Assembly: GCA_964574985.1 (NCBI GenBank)
Contig: CAZNPH010000002.1
Location: 113,263-177,262, forward strand
DNA length: 64,000 bases
Direction: 5' to 3'
Source of the DNA: an uncultured Bacteroidaceae bacterium
GTDB lineage: Bacteria > Bacteroidota > Bacteroidia > Bacteroidales > SM23-62
Numbering within the stretch: the stretch's first letter is position 1; each line of letters starts with the position of its first letter. The notes under the pieces were generated by a model. The model was not told the origin of the DNA, searched no databases, and saw only the letters and a program-made list of their open reading frames with translations. Positions 29,958 to 40,307 of the stretch are shown piece by piece. The translations under genes and the position numbers were made by a program.

Positions 29958-30551
29958 TCAGGCGATCAGCTTGATTTCGTGTTTCGATTCCACGTAATCC
30001 ATTATTTCCCTGAAAAAGCGGGCAAAATGGTCTTTGATCAAAAGGTAATTGTTTTTCAGGCTGGTGATGGCAAAATCAACATGATCCGGAAGTGATGTCC
30101 GGTAAGTCATCCGGTTGAGAACGGACTGAACCCCTTCTATATTTGCGTATGCTTCCAGCCAGTTGCTTCTGATGAAATACGGAAAAAAATTCTTTACTTC
30201 TCCGGGGAAGATATCATAATAGATATTCAGGATGTTATATTTTTCCCGGGTGTATTTCTTCAGGGGCATATCTGAATATTGATCCCAGCCGGCGGCAAGA
30301 AAATGATCATAAAAAATGTCGACCACAATGCCGGAATACTTGCCGTATTCTTCGCTGATCAATTCACGGGAAGCCCGGGTGAGGGAATGTGAATCGGTAA
30401 AAAAGTCAATGTTCCTGTGCAGGAGGATCCCTTTCCGGATGGAAGGGGAATATTTTTCATAATCCCGGCCTTTGACATAGTCGCCGATGAAATTGCCGAT
30501 CAGAACCCCTTCTGATTCGCCTGATAAATACATATGGGCCAGGAAATTCAT
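29958..30551 (-). CDS. acpH: Acyl carrier protein phosphodiesterase
   Basis: 197 aa with the AcpH-typical N-terminus MNFLAHMYLSGESEGVLIGNFIGDYVKG. Confidence 0.8.
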   Translation of the reverse strand: MNFLAHMYLSGESEGVLIGNFIGDYVKGRDYEKYSPSIRKGILLHRNIDFFTDSHSLTRASRELISEEYGKYSGIVVDIFYDHFLAAGWDQYSDMPLKKYTREKYNILNIYYDIFPGEVKNFFPYFIRSNWLEAYANIEGVQSVLNRMTYRTSLPDHVDFAITSLKNNYLLIKDHFARFFREIMDYVESKHEIKLIA

Positions 30552-30696
30552 CGATTATGTGGTCATTTTATGTAGTCATTAAAATCTGGTTATACTTACC
30601 AACGGAAAATTCGCCGGTATATGTATATCATAAATGATGTTGTGAAATATGCTGTATAGTATGATTTTCATGGAGCCGGATTTGCCCGGTAAAATG

Positions 30697-30704
30697 TACC
30701 TTTG
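30697..30704 (+). promoter_or_regulatory. Candidate -7 box (TACCTTTG)
   Basis: Matches TAnnTTTG, 28 nt upstream of ATG 30732. It overlaps the TTG used by the ORF track, which argues for the ATG start. Confidence 0.45.
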
Positions 30705-30731
30705 ATTGATTTTTCATCAATCAGCCAGGCC

Positions 30732-32063
30732 ATGGACCAGGAAAAAAGAAAGAAAGTGATCATCATGGGAGCCGCGGGGAGGGATTTTCATAATTTCAAC
30801 CAGTTATTCAGGGACCATGGGCAATACGAGGTTGTTGCCTTTACGGCTGCCCAGATACCTGATATAGAAGGCAGGAAATATCCGCCTGAGCTTGCAGGCA
30901 GACTCTATCCCCGGGGCATCCCCATTTACGCTGAGGAAAACCTTTCCCGGCTGATCCGGGATCTGGACGTGGATGAATGCATTTTCTCATACAGTGATGT
31001 TCCCTATCAAAAAGTAATGTCGGTTTCCGCCCTGGTGAATGCGGCGGGTTCCGGATTTATCCTGCCGGGTTGGAAGGATACCATGATCAGTAGCAGCAAG
31101 CCGGTCATTGCGGTCGGTGCAGTAAGGACCGGTTGCGGGAAAAGTCAGACATCCCGGAAAATCATTGATATCCTGATGGAAAAAGGGTACAGGGTGGTGG
31201 CCATCCGCCATCCGATGCCGTACGGAGACCTTGTCAAACAAAGAGTTCAGCGGTATGCGGATCTTGATGACCTGGAAAAGCATCATTGCACCATTGAGGA
31301 GATGGAAGAATACGAACCCCATATCGAGAGGGGCAATGTCATTTATGCAGGCGTTGATTACAGCGCAATCCTCAGGGAAGCCGAGCAGGATCCCAAAGGA
31401 TGTGATATGATAGTCTGGGATGGGGGCAACAATGATTTCCCTTTTCTCAAGCCCGATCTCATGATTACGGTGACCGACCCGCACAGGGCAGGTCATGAGC
31501 TGACGTATTATCCGGGAGAGGTGACTTTGAGACTGGCCGATGTGGTGGTGATCAACAAGACCGACAGTGCCCGCCGGGAGGATATCCGGATACTGAAGAA
31601 CAATATCGGAAAAGTCAACCCGGGTGCCGTGGTGGTCGATGCTGCGTCTCCCATTTCTGTGGATGACCAATCGGTGATCCGGGGCAAGAAGGTGCTGGTC
31701 ATCGAAGATGGTCCCACCCTGACACACGGTGAAATGAAAATCGGCGCAGGCGTTCTGGCTGCCAGGAAGTACGGAGCCAGTGAACTGGTAGACCCGAGGC
31801 CCTATGTGGTGGGGCGGTTAAAGGAAACTTACAGGACCTATCCGGAGATCGGGACATTGCTGCCGGCCATGGGATATGGAAGGCAACAACTCAATGATCT
31901 GGAAGAAACCATCAACCGGACCGAATGTGATTCGGTGGTGATCGGAACACCCATCGACCTGAACAGGGTCATCAGGATCAGGAAGCCATCGGTGAGGGTA
32001 CATTATCAATTGCAGGAAACCGGGAGTCCCGGACTGCAGGAATTGATCGAAAAATTCATCTGA
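30732..32063 (+). CDS. COG2403-type P-loop protein (cyclic 2,3-diphosphoglycerate synthetase-like / predicted GTPase)
   Basis: N-terminal Rossmann-like segment KVIIMGAAGRDFHNFN, P-loop AVRTGCGKS and RHPMPYGD. The overall length (~443 aa) fits this family. Confidence 0.55.
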   Translation: MDQEKRKKVIIMGAAGRDFHNFNQLFRDHGQYEVVAFTAAQIPDIEGRKYPPELAGRLYPRGIPIYAEENLSRLIRDLDVDECIFSYSDVPYQKVMSVSALVNAAGSGFILPGWKDTMISSSKPVIAVGAVRTGCGKSQTSRKIIDILMEKGYRVVAIRHPMPYGDLVKQRVQRYADLDDLEKHHCTIEEMEEYEPHIERGNVIYAGVDYSAILREAEQDPKGCDMIVWDGGNNDFPFLKPDLMITVTDPHRAGHELTYYPGEVTLRLADVVVINKTDSARREDIRILKNNIGKVNPGAVVVDAASPISVDDQSVIRGKKVLVIEDGPTLTHGEMKIGAGVLAARKYGASELVDPRPYVVGRLKETYRTYPEIGTLLPAMGYGRQQLNDLEETINRTECDSVVIGTPIDLNRVIRIRKPSVRVHYQLQETGSPGLQELIEKFI

Positions 32064-33411
32064 AATTTTTCAACCTTTCCCGGATCCTGCGGGTTTCTTC
32101 TTCAGATCCCGGCTTTTCAAGAAGCGCGAACATGTTCTTTTTGTATGCTTCGACTCCCGGCTGGTTGAACGGATTGATGCCCAGGATATATCCGCTGATG
32201 CCACAGGCTTTTTCAAAGAAATACATCAGTTCACCCAGGGCATGTTCATCGATCCTGGGAATTTCGATCCGGATATTGGGAACACCTCCGTCGACATGGG
32301 CAATCAGGGTGCCGAGTTCAGCCATTTTGTTTACTTCATCGATCCTTTTCCCGGCCAGGTAATTGAGCTGGTCCAGGTTGTCCTTGTCCTTTGGTATGCG
32401 AAGGGTATGAATCGGTTCTCTGACCGAAATGACGATCTCAAAGAGATTTCTTTCGCCTTGTTGAATATATTGCCCCATGGAATGAAGATCGGCGGTGAAA
32501 TTGACGCTGGCGGGAAAGATGCCCTTGTTTTCCTTTCCTTCACTTTCTCCGTACAATTGTTTCCACCATTCAGACAACCACACAAGCTTCCGGTTGTAAT
32601 TGGCCAGGATCTCCGTGGTTTTCCCTTTTCTGTAAAGGGCATTGCGTGCAGCCGCGTAAAGTGCCGAATGATTGCTGCGAAAAGGAATGTCCAGACCGGT
32701 TTCTTTTTCCATGACGCGTGCCCCGGCAATAAATGCCCGGATGTTGATACCGGCACATGCAATGGGCAGCAGTCCCACCGGAGTTAACACCGAATAACGG
32801 CCCCCAACATCATCGGGGATGATGAATGACTGATAGCCTTCGTCATCTGACAATCTCCTGAGGGCACCCTTGTCGCGGCCGGTTACGGCCACGATTCTTT
32901 TTCTTGCTTCGTCAACGCCTTTTGTTTTTTCCAGGTGGTTTCGCAATACACGGAAAGCAATTGCCGGTTCGGTGGTGGTTCCCGATTTTGATATGACAAT
33001 CAGTGAATAATCTTTGTCTTCCAGGATATCCAGCAGGTCGTTCAGATAATCCTCCCCGATATTGTTTCCGGTAAAAAGGATCTCAGGCAGTTCCGGTTTT
33101 TCTTTCAGGGTCCTGAAATTGTGACTGAGCGCCTCGATGGTTGCCTTTGCACCCAGGTACGATCCGCCAATACCCACCACAACGATATACTCTGACATTT
33201 CCCTGAGTTTTGCCGCGGTGTCTTCAATCTCCCCGATGTGATCTTCTCCTGTGCGGGACGGAAGATCGAGCCAGCCGGTAAATTCGCTGCCCGATCCTGT
33301 TTTATGGTGCAGGGCTTTCAGGTGCCCCCTGATTTCCTCCTCGTAGCCAAAGATGGTTGCTTCCGGGACAAAGGAGAATACATGCTCAATGCTCAATGAT
33401 AGTCCTGCCAT
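32056..33411 (-). CDS. pgi: Glucose-6-phosphate isomerase
   Basis: 451 aa. Motifs VVGIGGSYLGAKA, GGRYSVLTPVGLLP and GINPFNQPGVEAYK. Confidence 0.9.
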   Translation of the reverse strand: MAGLSLSIEHVFSFVPEATIFGYEEEIRGHLKALHHKTGSGSEFTGWLDLPSRTGEDHIGEIEDTAAKLREMSEYIVVVGIGGSYLGAKATIEALSHNFRTLKEKPELPEILFTGNNIGEDYLNDLLDILEDKDYSLIVISKSGTTTEPAIAFRVLRNHLEKTKGVDEARKRIVAVTGRDKGALRRLSDDEGYQSFIIPDDVGGRYSVLTPVGLLPIACAGINIRAFIAGARVMEKETGLDIPFRSNHSALYAAARNALYRKGKTTEILANYNRKLVWLSEWWKQLYGESEGKENKGIFPASVNFTADLHSMGQYIQQGERNLFEIVISVREPIHTLRIPKDKDNLDQLNYLAGKRIDEVNKMAELGTLIAHVDGGVPNIRIEIPRIDEHALGELMYFFEKACGISGYILGINPFNQPGVEAYKKNMFALLEKPGSEEETRRIRERLKNFR

Positions 33412-33526
33412 AACGAATGAATAATTAATTATTTGAAAATCAGTAAGATTTATTGATTGATCCGATCCGCCAAATTTAGTAAAATATTTTTTCTATTTTT
33501 ATTGATGAATTAAAAAACGGAACATT

Positions 33527-34441
33527 GTGGAACTGGGTTTTATGACAGCCATCTTTCCGGACCTTGAACTTGAAGAGGTCCTTGAATTTGCATCCGAAGA
33601 TACGGGTTACTCCTGTATCGAGGTGATGTGCTGGCCGAAGGGAAAAGCCGAAAGGCGATATGCAGGCATCACTCATATTGACGTAACGGATTTCACCAAA
33701 AACCGTGCCGATGAGGTCCTGGCGCGTTTCTCCGAATACGGGATAAACATAAGCGGACTCGGTTACTATCCCAATTTTCTGGCACCTGACAGGAAAATGG
33801 CCGGAACCTTCATTGATCATTTCAAAAAACTGATCAGGGCCGCTTCCCTGATGAATGTTCCGGTAGTGAATACTTTCATCGGAAGGGACCGTACAAGAAA
33901 TGTTGAAGAGAACTGGCCGGGGTTCCTTGAAGTATGGAAAGACATCATCGGGACCGCCGAAGAGCACGATGTAAAGGTGGGCATTGAAAACTGCCCCATG
34001 ATCTTTACCTGGGACGAATGGCCCGGGGGCAAGAATCTGGGACACTCTCCCCGGTTGTGGGAAAGAATGTTCGAAGCCATCCCAAGCGATCATTTCGGAC
34101 TCAATTACGATCCCTCACACATGATCTGGCAGCATATGGATTATCTTGCCCCTCTCCGGCAGTTTTCCGGCAAGCTTTTCCACATCCATGCCAAGGATGT
34201 CCGCATCGACCGTCATAAACTGGACCAGATGGGGATCATGACCCCTCCGAATTTCTGGCATACGCCCAAGCTGCCCGGACTCGGAGAGGTGGACTGGGGA
34301 AAATTCTTTTCCGTCCTTTCCGACACGGGATATGACGGTCCGGTATGTGTTGAAGTCGAAGACCGGGCGTATGAAGGTTCACTTCAAAGGCGGCAGGAAT
34401 CCTTGTTGCAGGCCGAAAGATTTCTCAGGCAATTTGTTTGA
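33527..34441 (+). CDS. Sugar phosphate isomerase/epimerase (xylose isomerase-like TIM barrel)
   Basis: 304 aa with a GTG start ([18 protein letters not shown]). Contains [22 protein letters not shown] and VCVEVED, typical of the AP_endonuc_2 fold. Confidence 0.75.
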   Translation: MELGFMTAIFPDLELEEVLEFASEDTGYSCIEVMCWPKGKAERRYAGITHIDVTDFTKNRADEVLARFSEYGINISGLGYYPNFLAPDRKMAGTFIDHFKKLIRAASLMNVPVVNTFIGRDRTRNVEENWPGFLEVWKDIIGTAEEHDVKVGIENCPMIFTWDEWPGGKNLGHSPRLWERMFEAIPSDHFGLNYDPSHMIWQHMDYLAPLRQFSGKLFHIHAKDVRIDRHKLDQMGIMTPPNFWHTPKLPGLGEVDWGKFFSVLSDTGYDGPVCVEVEDRAYEGSLQRRQESLLQAERFLRQFV

Positions 34442-34444
34442 ATC

Positions 34445-35116
34445 TCAGGACCCCTCCTTTGCCGGGATCTTTTCCAGAAATATGTTCCTGAACTCCATGG
34501 GGCCTCCTTCGGATTGAATCCCTATTTTCCCTTTCCTCAGGGTGGCATCATGGCCGCGGTTTTGAAGTGCTCCGTTGACTTTCAGCTCGATGAGGTCCCC
34601 ACTGCATTTTATTTCATAGACATTCCACCTGCCTGCCGGCTTTTCCGAACTCTCCCTGAATTTTGAAATGGACTCAAATTGTCCTTCCCCTTCTTCGATC
34701 AGATGGGTTGTATCATTTACGGTTATGCCACTGCCTTCGCTGATCAGCACAAGATCTCCGGCATTCCCGTGCATTAACTGGGCTTCGATGCACAAAGGCC
34801 ACAGGCGATCCTCCCCCTGGATATGCAAAAGGACTCCTGAGTTTTTGGGCTCTTCCACCCATCTCCATTCCACATGGAGCAGATAATCACTGTAGGACTC
34901 CTTCGTACGGACATAGCCGTTGGGGACACCCTTTACTTTCAGAAGTCCGTTTTCAACATAGAAAACATCCCCGGGATCTACAGCAGAGTCGGCGACGTAC
35001 ATGGTCCAGTTATCCAGGTCGTTTCCATTGAATAACTGAACCATTTCAGATTCCTTGCAGGAATATGAACCCGCAACCAGCATAATTCCGAGAATGAGGC
35101 CAAATAAGTGTCTCAT
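34445..35116 (-). CDS. DUF1080 (3-keto-disaccharide hydrolase-like) lipoprotein
   Basis: Signal peptide plus Cys (LVAGSYSC). Contains LFNGNDLDNWT, NSGVLLH and GKIGIQSEGGPMEFRNIFL, typical of DUF1080. Confidence 0.75.
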   Translation of the reverse strand: MRHLFGLILGIMLVAGSYSCKESEMVQLFNGNDLDNWTMYVADSAVDPGDVFYVENGLLKVKGVPNGYVRTKESYSDYLLHVEWRWVEEPKNSGVLLHIQGEDRLWPLCIEAQLMHGNAGDLVLISEGSGITVNDTTHLIEEGEGQFESISKFRESSEKPAGRWNVYEIKCSGDLIELKVNGALQNRGHDATLRKGKIGIQSEGGPMEFRNIFLEKIPAKEGS

Positions 35117-35152
35117 GATGTATATGTTTTGGTTAGGTAATATATTTTGATT

Positions 35153-36886
35153 CTACCGGATCCATCCGGCGACCTGATCGACGGACACGGTTTCAATATC
35201 CAGGCTGTTTTTTTTCCGGTATCCCATCATTTCCTGATGAAGTTTCCCGGGTCTTTCCACCTTTTTCAGCTTTTCAATGGTGGTATACCCGAGCTTTTGC
35301 AGAGGTTCCACCCATTTTTCGGGGATTCCCATTTCTGTGTATTTTCCGGTGTTGTCGGCTTGTTCCCGGCCGCTTCCCGTTTGCTTCATCTGGGGGAAAA
35401 AGATCACTTCCTGGATGGACCGTGAGTTGGTCAGGATCATGACCAGCCGGTCAATCCCGATGCCGAGACCGGCCGCGGGAGGCATCCCGTGTTCCAGGGC
35501 CCTGAGAAAATCCTCGTCCAGGGCCATGGCTTCCTGGTCCCCTCTTTTCCCCAGCAGGACTTGTTCCTCAAGCCTTTCACGCTGATCAAGGGGATCATTG
35601 AGTTCAGAAAAGGCATTGGCGATTTCTTTTCCGTTGCATATGGCTTCGAACCTTTCCGCAAGACCGGGTTTCGAACGGTGTTTCTTGGCCAGGGGAGACA
35701 TCTCCACAGGATAATCCATGATGAAGGTTGGCTGGATCAGCCGGCCCTCGACCTTTTTGCCGAATATTTCGTCGATCAGCTTGCCCTTGCCCATTGAATC
35801 TTCCGTTTCAATATCCAGTTCCCGGGACAGCCGGAACAATTCTTTTTCCCCCATTGCGGAAATATCATATCCGGTATATTCCTGAATGGCACCGGACATG
35901 GTCAGTCTTTTCCATGGACGTTGAAAATTGATCAGGTGGTCACCTGCCTGTATGCTGGTTTTTCCGAAAAGGTCCATGACAACTTTCTCGATCATCTCCT
36001 CGACCAGATCCATCATCCAGAGATAATCCCTGTATGCCACATACAATTCGACCTGGGTGAATTCGGGGTTGTGAAAACGGTCCATCCCCTCATTGCGAAA
36101 ATCCTTTGCAAATTCAAATACACCCTGAAATCCGCCCACGATCAGCCGTTTCAGATAGAGTTCATTGGCAATGCGGAGATACAGTTTCTGGTCCAATGTG
36201 TTGTGATAGGTTGTAAAAGGCCTGGCTGCGGCCCCTCCGTATATGGGCTGAAGTATGGGAGTCTCCACTTCAAGGTATCCCCGGCGGTTCAAAAAGTCCC
36301 TCATGGATTGGATAATCCGGGTCCTTTTGACAAACAACTGCCTGATCTCCGGGTTTACGATCAGGTCAATGTACCTTTGCCGGTACCGGATTTCGGGATC
36401 GGTAACCGCATCCCATGTTTTGCCCTCTTTTTCCTTGACTACCGGTAACGGACGAAGGGATTTGCAGAGCAGGGTCAGTTTTTGCACATGGACGGTGATC
36501 TCTCCCAAACGGGTTTTAAATACAAAGCCCCGGATACCGATGATGTCTCCCATATCCAGTAATTTCTTGAAAAAAACATTGTAATAGGACTTATCTTCTC
36601 CGGGGCAAAGGTCGTCACGGCGTACATAAATCTGTATCCTGCCCTGTTCATCCTGAATTTCTGCAAAAGAAGCATTCCCCATGATCCTTCTGGATATGAT
36701 CCTGCCTGCAATGCTTGTCTGGCGTTTATTCTCTGCCCAGGAATCAAAATTATCCAGGACATCGGAGGTGGCGGCATTGACCGGGTAGGTTTCTGCCGGA
36801 TAGGGATCGATGCCCATGCGGATGATCTCCCTGAGCATATTCCGTCTGATTTGTTCCTGTTCACTCAGTTGCGGATGACTGGCCAT
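35153..36886 (-). CDS. lysS: Lysine--tRNA ligase (class II, long Bacteroidetes form)
   Basis: The start was trimmed to ATG 36886 ([15 protein letters not shown]). Motif 2 is [15 protein letters not shown] and motif 3 is [11 protein letters not shown]. It has the C-terminal extension typical of the phylum. Confidence 0.95.
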   Translation of the reverse strand: MASHPQLSEQEQIRRNMLREIIRMGIDPYPAETYPVNAATSDVLDNFDSWAENKRQTSIAGRIISRRIMGNASFAEIQDEQGRIQIYVRRDDLCPGEDKSYYNVFFKKLLDMGDIIGIRGFVFKTRLGEITVHVQKLTLLCKSLRPLPVVKEKEGKTWDAVTDPEIRYRQRYIDLIVNPEIRQLFVKRTRIIQSMRDFLNRRGYLEVETPILQPIYGGAAARPFTTYHNTLDQKLYLRIANELYLKRLIVGGFQGVFEFAKDFRNEGMDRFHNPEFTQVELYVAYRDYLWMMDLVEEMIEKVVMDLFGKTSIQAGDHLINFQRPWKRLTMSGAIQEYTGYDISAMGEKELFRLSRELDIETEDSMGKGKLIDEIFGKKVEGRLIQPTFIMDYPVEMSPLAKKHRSKPGLAERFEAICNGKEIANAFSELNDPLDQRERLEEQVLLGKRGDQEAMALDEDFLRALEHGMPPAAGLGIGIDRLVMILTNSRSIQEVIFFPQMKQTGSGREQADNTGKYTEMGIPEKWVEPLQKLGYTTIEKLKKVERPGKLHQEMMGYRKKNSLDIETVSVDQVAGWIR

Positions 36887-37023
36887 GATCGCTCGATTGG
36901 AATTATTGCAAAGATAGTCAATTAAGAAAAAAATCCGGTGTTGTTCATGGTTTTCGGTACCCCCTGCAGTATGGATTGTCAAAATTGAGTTTTTTGAGGA
37001 TTTTTCAATTAAATTTGCATGAT

Positions 37024-37884
37024 ATGCATCACAAGACAGACGTTCAAAGATTGGCACGTTGGCTGAAGGTGAAAATGCCGGGGGGAGGACAATATGCCGC
37101 TGTGAAAAGAGTAGTGGAAACCCATCATCTGCACACCATATGCATGAGCGGTCGCTGCCCTAATATCGGTGATTGCTGGAGCAGAGGGACGGCCACATTC
37201 ATGATCCTGGGCGACATTTGTACGAGATCCTGCAGGTTTTGCGGGGTGCGGACGGGAAAACCGGGTCAACCGGATCCGGATGAACCTTTCCGGGTGGGGG
37301 AATCGGTCAGACTCATGAAATTGAAACATTGCGTCATTACTTCTGTGGACCGCGATGATCTGGAAGACGGGGGAGCCGGTCACTGGGTGAAGACCATTGG
37401 GGAAATCAGGAAACAAAATCCGGGCACCACCATGGAAGTGCTGATCCCCGACTTCAGGGGAAATCAGGAATCCCTGCAGCAGATAACAGCATGCAAACCG
37501 GAAGTTATTTCCCATAACCTGGAAACGGTGGAGCGCCTGACCCCCGTGGTGCGCAGTGCAGCAAATTACCGGAGAAGCCTCAGGGTGCTGGAATTCATTG
37601 CCCTTCGCGGATTCGCCGCCAAATCAGGGATCATGCTCGGACTGGGAGAAACGGAAAAGGAGGTGCTCAGGACGATGGATGACCTGATCGGGGTGGGTTG
37701 CAGTGTGCTTACCATGGGGCAGTATCTCAGGCCTTCCGAAAAGCATTATCCGGTTATCGAATACCCGGAACCACGCGTCTTTGATCGTTATAAAAACATG
37801 GCCCTGGAAAAAGGATTTTGGGCGGTTGAAAGTGCACCCCTGGTGAGGTCATCTTTTCATGCCGAAAAACACGTAAGGCAATGA
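37024..37884 (+). CDS. lipA: Lipoyl synthase
   Basis: Clusters CPNIGDCW and radical-SAM CTRSCRFC are present. The start is uncertain: ATG 37024 is preferred over TTG 36976. Confidence 0.9.
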   Translation: MHHKTDVQRLARWLKVKMPGGGQYAAVKRVVETHHLHTICMSGRCPNIGDCWSRGTATFMILGDICTRSCRFCGVRTGKPGQPDPDEPFRVGESVRLMKLKHCVITSVDRDDLEDGGAGHWVKTIGEIRKQNPGTTMEVLIPDFRGNQESLQQITACKPEVISHNLETVERLTPVVRSAANYRRSLRVLEFIALRGFAAKSGIMLGLGETEKEVLRTMDDLIGVGCSVLTMGQYLRPSEKHYPVIEYPEPRVFDRYKNMALEKGFWAVESAPLVRSSFHAEKHVRQ

Positions 37885-38573
37885 TGAAAACCATTCGTTT
37901 CCGTGACCTGGGGCTGGTCGGTTATAAGCAAGCCTGGGATATGCAGGAAAAAACCCTTGAAGCGGTCATTCGAAGGAAACTGGGGAAAAACAACCTGTCT
38001 GAAGACCACCAGGTTGTTTTTTTTTGTGAGCATCCGCATGTATATACACTGGGCAAGAGCGGACAGGAAGGCAACCTGCTGGTGGACACCGACCACCTGA
38101 AAAAGATCGGGGCGGAGCTGTACAGGATCAACCGGGGGGGAGACATAACCTACCATGGCCCGGGGCAGATCGTGGGATATCCGGTGATCGACCTGGATGA
38201 ATTCGGTATGGGAGCAAGGGATTACATTAACCGCCTGGAGGAGTCGGTGATCCGGTTGCTTCAGAACTATGGAATTGTTGCCGGCAGAAAGGAAGGGGCC
38301 ACCGGTGTGTGGATAGATCCGGAAGATACTGGTTCCGGCAGGAAAATATGTGCCATTGGAGTGAGGATAAGCCGTTCGGTGACCATGCACGGTTTTGCAT
38401 TGAACGTAGCACCGGATCTCAGGTATTTCAATTATATCAATCCCTGCGGATTTACCGGCAGGAATATTACATCCATGAAAAAAGAACTGGGAAGACATCC
38501 CGGAAAAGAACAGGTAAAAAACAGACTGAAGCAGATAATGGCGGAGGTGTTCGCCATTGAATGGAAAAACTAA
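37881..38573 (+). CDS. lipB: Octanoyltransferase
   Basis: 230 aa. Motifs CEHPHVYTLGKSG, RGGDITYHGPGQ and KICAIGV. It has a 4-nt overlap with lipA. Confidence 0.9.
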   Translation: MMKTIRFRDLGLVGYKQAWDMQEKTLEAVIRRKLGKNNLSEDHQVVFFCEHPHVYTLGKSGQEGNLLVDTDHLKKIGAELYRINRGGDITYHGPGQIVGYPVIDLDEFGMGARDYINRLEESVIRLLQNYGIVAGRKEGATGVWIDPEDTGSGRKICAIGVRISRSVTMHGFALNVAPDLRYFNYINPCGFTGRNITSMKKELGRHPGKEQVKNRLKQIMAEVFAIEWKN

Positions 38574-40301
38574 ATGTTTATGGTGCCCGAAAAACATTGG
38601 ATATTGAAGACACAGGCATCTCCCGGTGAGATCGAAGCATTGCAGAAGCAGTTGAAAATTGACTGGCAATTGGTAAATTTGCTGATACAGAGAAGAATAT
38701 CCACATATGAGGAAGCAAGGAAGTTTTTCAGTCCGGACCTGGCGGCTTTGCATGATCCGTTTTTGATGAGGGACATGGACATGGCCGTGGAACGGATCGA
38801 AAAAGCCATTCAAAATGAAGAAAAGATCCTGATCTACGGTGACTATGATGTGGACGGAACCACTTCGGTGGCCCTTTTATACACGTTTTTTAAGAATTTC
38901 TCCGGAAACCTTGATTTTTATATCCCCGAGAGATATTCGGAAGGTTACGGAATATCATACAAAGGCATCGATTATGCAGAGCAGCACGGATATTCATTGA
39001 TCATTGCACTGGATTGCGGTATCAAAGCGGTGGATAAAGTGGCTTATGCCGGCGGAAAAGGCATTGACTTCATCATATGTGATCACCACACCCCAGGGAA
39101 CCGTATTCCGGATGCAGTGGCCGTGCTTGATCCCAAACGCCCCGGATGCGATTACCCGTTCAAGGAACTCTCCGGTTGCGGGGTCGGTTTCAAGCTGATC
39201 CATGCGTTTGCCCTCAGGAACGAAGTGCCCTTTGATGAGATTGTGCCCTGTCTTGATCTGGTTGCCGTAAGCATTGCCTCGGATATTGTGCCCATAATCG
39301 CTGAAAACAGGGTTTTGGCATATTACGGACTCAGACAGCTGAATGATGATCCCCGGACCGGATTGAGGATCATCATTCAACTGGCCGGCATGGATAAGAA
39401 AAAAATCGGAATAGAGGACATCATTTTCAGGATCGGGCCCCGGATCAATGCAGCAGGCAGGATAGAATCCGGCAGGAGTTCCGTTCGCCTGCTGGTGGCG
39501 GAAGATGAACATCAGGCCCTGCTGATCGGTGAAAAAGTCAATGCATACAACCGGGAACGCCGGCATATTGACAATGACATAACACAGAAAGCTCTTGCAT
39601 TCCTGCAAAGGGATCCGAAAGCCCGGGAATCCAGAACAACGGTGCTGTATCATCCGGACTGGCACAAAGGGGTCATTGGCATTGTGGCTTCAAGATTGAT
39701 CGATTATTACTACCGCCCCACGGTGATCCTTACCGAGTCGAACGGACTGGCCACGGGATCGGCCCGTTCGGTGTTCGGATTTGACCTGTATTCTGCCATT
39801 GATTCCTGCAGTGCTCTGCTGGAAAATTTCGGCGGACATAAATATGCTGCCGGATTAACCATGAATATTCAAAATGTTCAGAAGTTCAGGGAAAAATTTG
39901 AGCAGGTGGTCGCCGAAACCATTGCCCCGGAGCAAACCATTCCCGTGGTCGGGATTGATTCAGAAATCGGCCTGGCTGAGATCACATCCACTTTCTTTGA
40001 GAACCTGAAACAATTCGAGCCTTTTGGTCCGGAGAACATGGCTCCGGTGTTTCTGACAGAAAATGTTGTTGACAACGGAACAGGGAAAAAAGTGGGCAGC
40101 ACCGGGAATCATTTGAAGCTGAACCTCATCCAGGAAGAAGATCCTTTCCGGGTTTTTCCTGCCATCGCCTTCCAGCAGGGTCATCAATACAAGCGAATAC
40201 GGCAGGGCAAAAGTTTTGATATTTGCTATTCCATCGAAAAGAATGAATACATGGGGAAAAAAACACTTCAATTGAACATCAAGGATATCAAAACCGACTG
40301 A
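38574..40301 (+). CDS. recJ: Single-stranded-DNA-specific exonuclease RecJ
   Basis: 575 aa. DHH motifs (IYGDYDVDGTTS, ICDHHTP) and DHHA1 (GGHKYAAG). Confidence 0.9.
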   Translation: MFMVPEKHWILKTQASPGEIEALQKQLKIDWQLVNLLIQRRISTYEEARKFFSPDLAALHDPFLMRDMDMAVERIEKAIQNEEKILIYGDYDVDGTTSVALLYTFFKNFSGNLDFYIPERYSEGYGISYKGIDYAEQHGYSLIIALDCGIKAVDKVAYAGGKGIDFIICDHHTPGNRIPDAVAVLDPKRPGCDYPFKELSGCGVGFKLIHAFALRNEVPFDEIVPCLDLVAVSIASDIVPIIAENRVLAYYGLRQLNDDPRTGLRIIIQLAGMDKKKIGIEDIIFRIGPRINAAGRIESGRSSVRLLVAEDEHQALLIGEKVNAYNRERRHIDNDITQKALAFLQRDPKARESRTTVLYHPDWHKGVIGIVASRLIDYYYRPTVILTESNGLATGSARSVFGFDLYSAIDSCSALLENFGGHKYAAGLTMNIQNVQKFREKFEQVVAETIAPEQTIPVVGIDSEIGLAEITSTFFENLKQFEPFGPENMAPVFLTENVVDNGTGKKVGSTGNHLKLNLIQEEDPFRVFPAIAFQQGHQYKRIRQGKSFDICYSIEKNEYMGKKTLQLNIKDIKTD

Positions 40302-40307
40302 ATCCGC

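Noticed and set aside
37010-37017. TAAATTTG box upstream of lipA.
   Set aside because: It lies only 6 nt before ATG 37024, and inside the alternative TTG-36976 reading frame. Its role as a promoter and the true lipA start cannot both be resolved from sequence alone.
38017-38025. Homopolymer tracts inside coding regions, as possible phase-variation switches: T9 in lipB (38017-38025) and G8 (C8 on the coding strand) in yhhQ (56241-56248).
   Set aside because: Both genes are housekeeping and read through in frame. The tracts are short, and slipped-strand phase variation is not the usual mechanism in this phylum.
37857-38813. 318-aa ORF antisense to lipB. Similar long antisense ORFs occur at 57812-58822, 14182-14976, 16183-16974, 17603-18370, 30987-31727, 2636-3301, 10536-11270, 23443-24081, 53731-54357 and 63522-63959.
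   Set aside because: Each lies fully opposite a gene with unmistakable conserved motifs. Their translations are low-complexity or Arg/Pro/Ser-rich with no recognisable domains. These are typical shadow ORFs.
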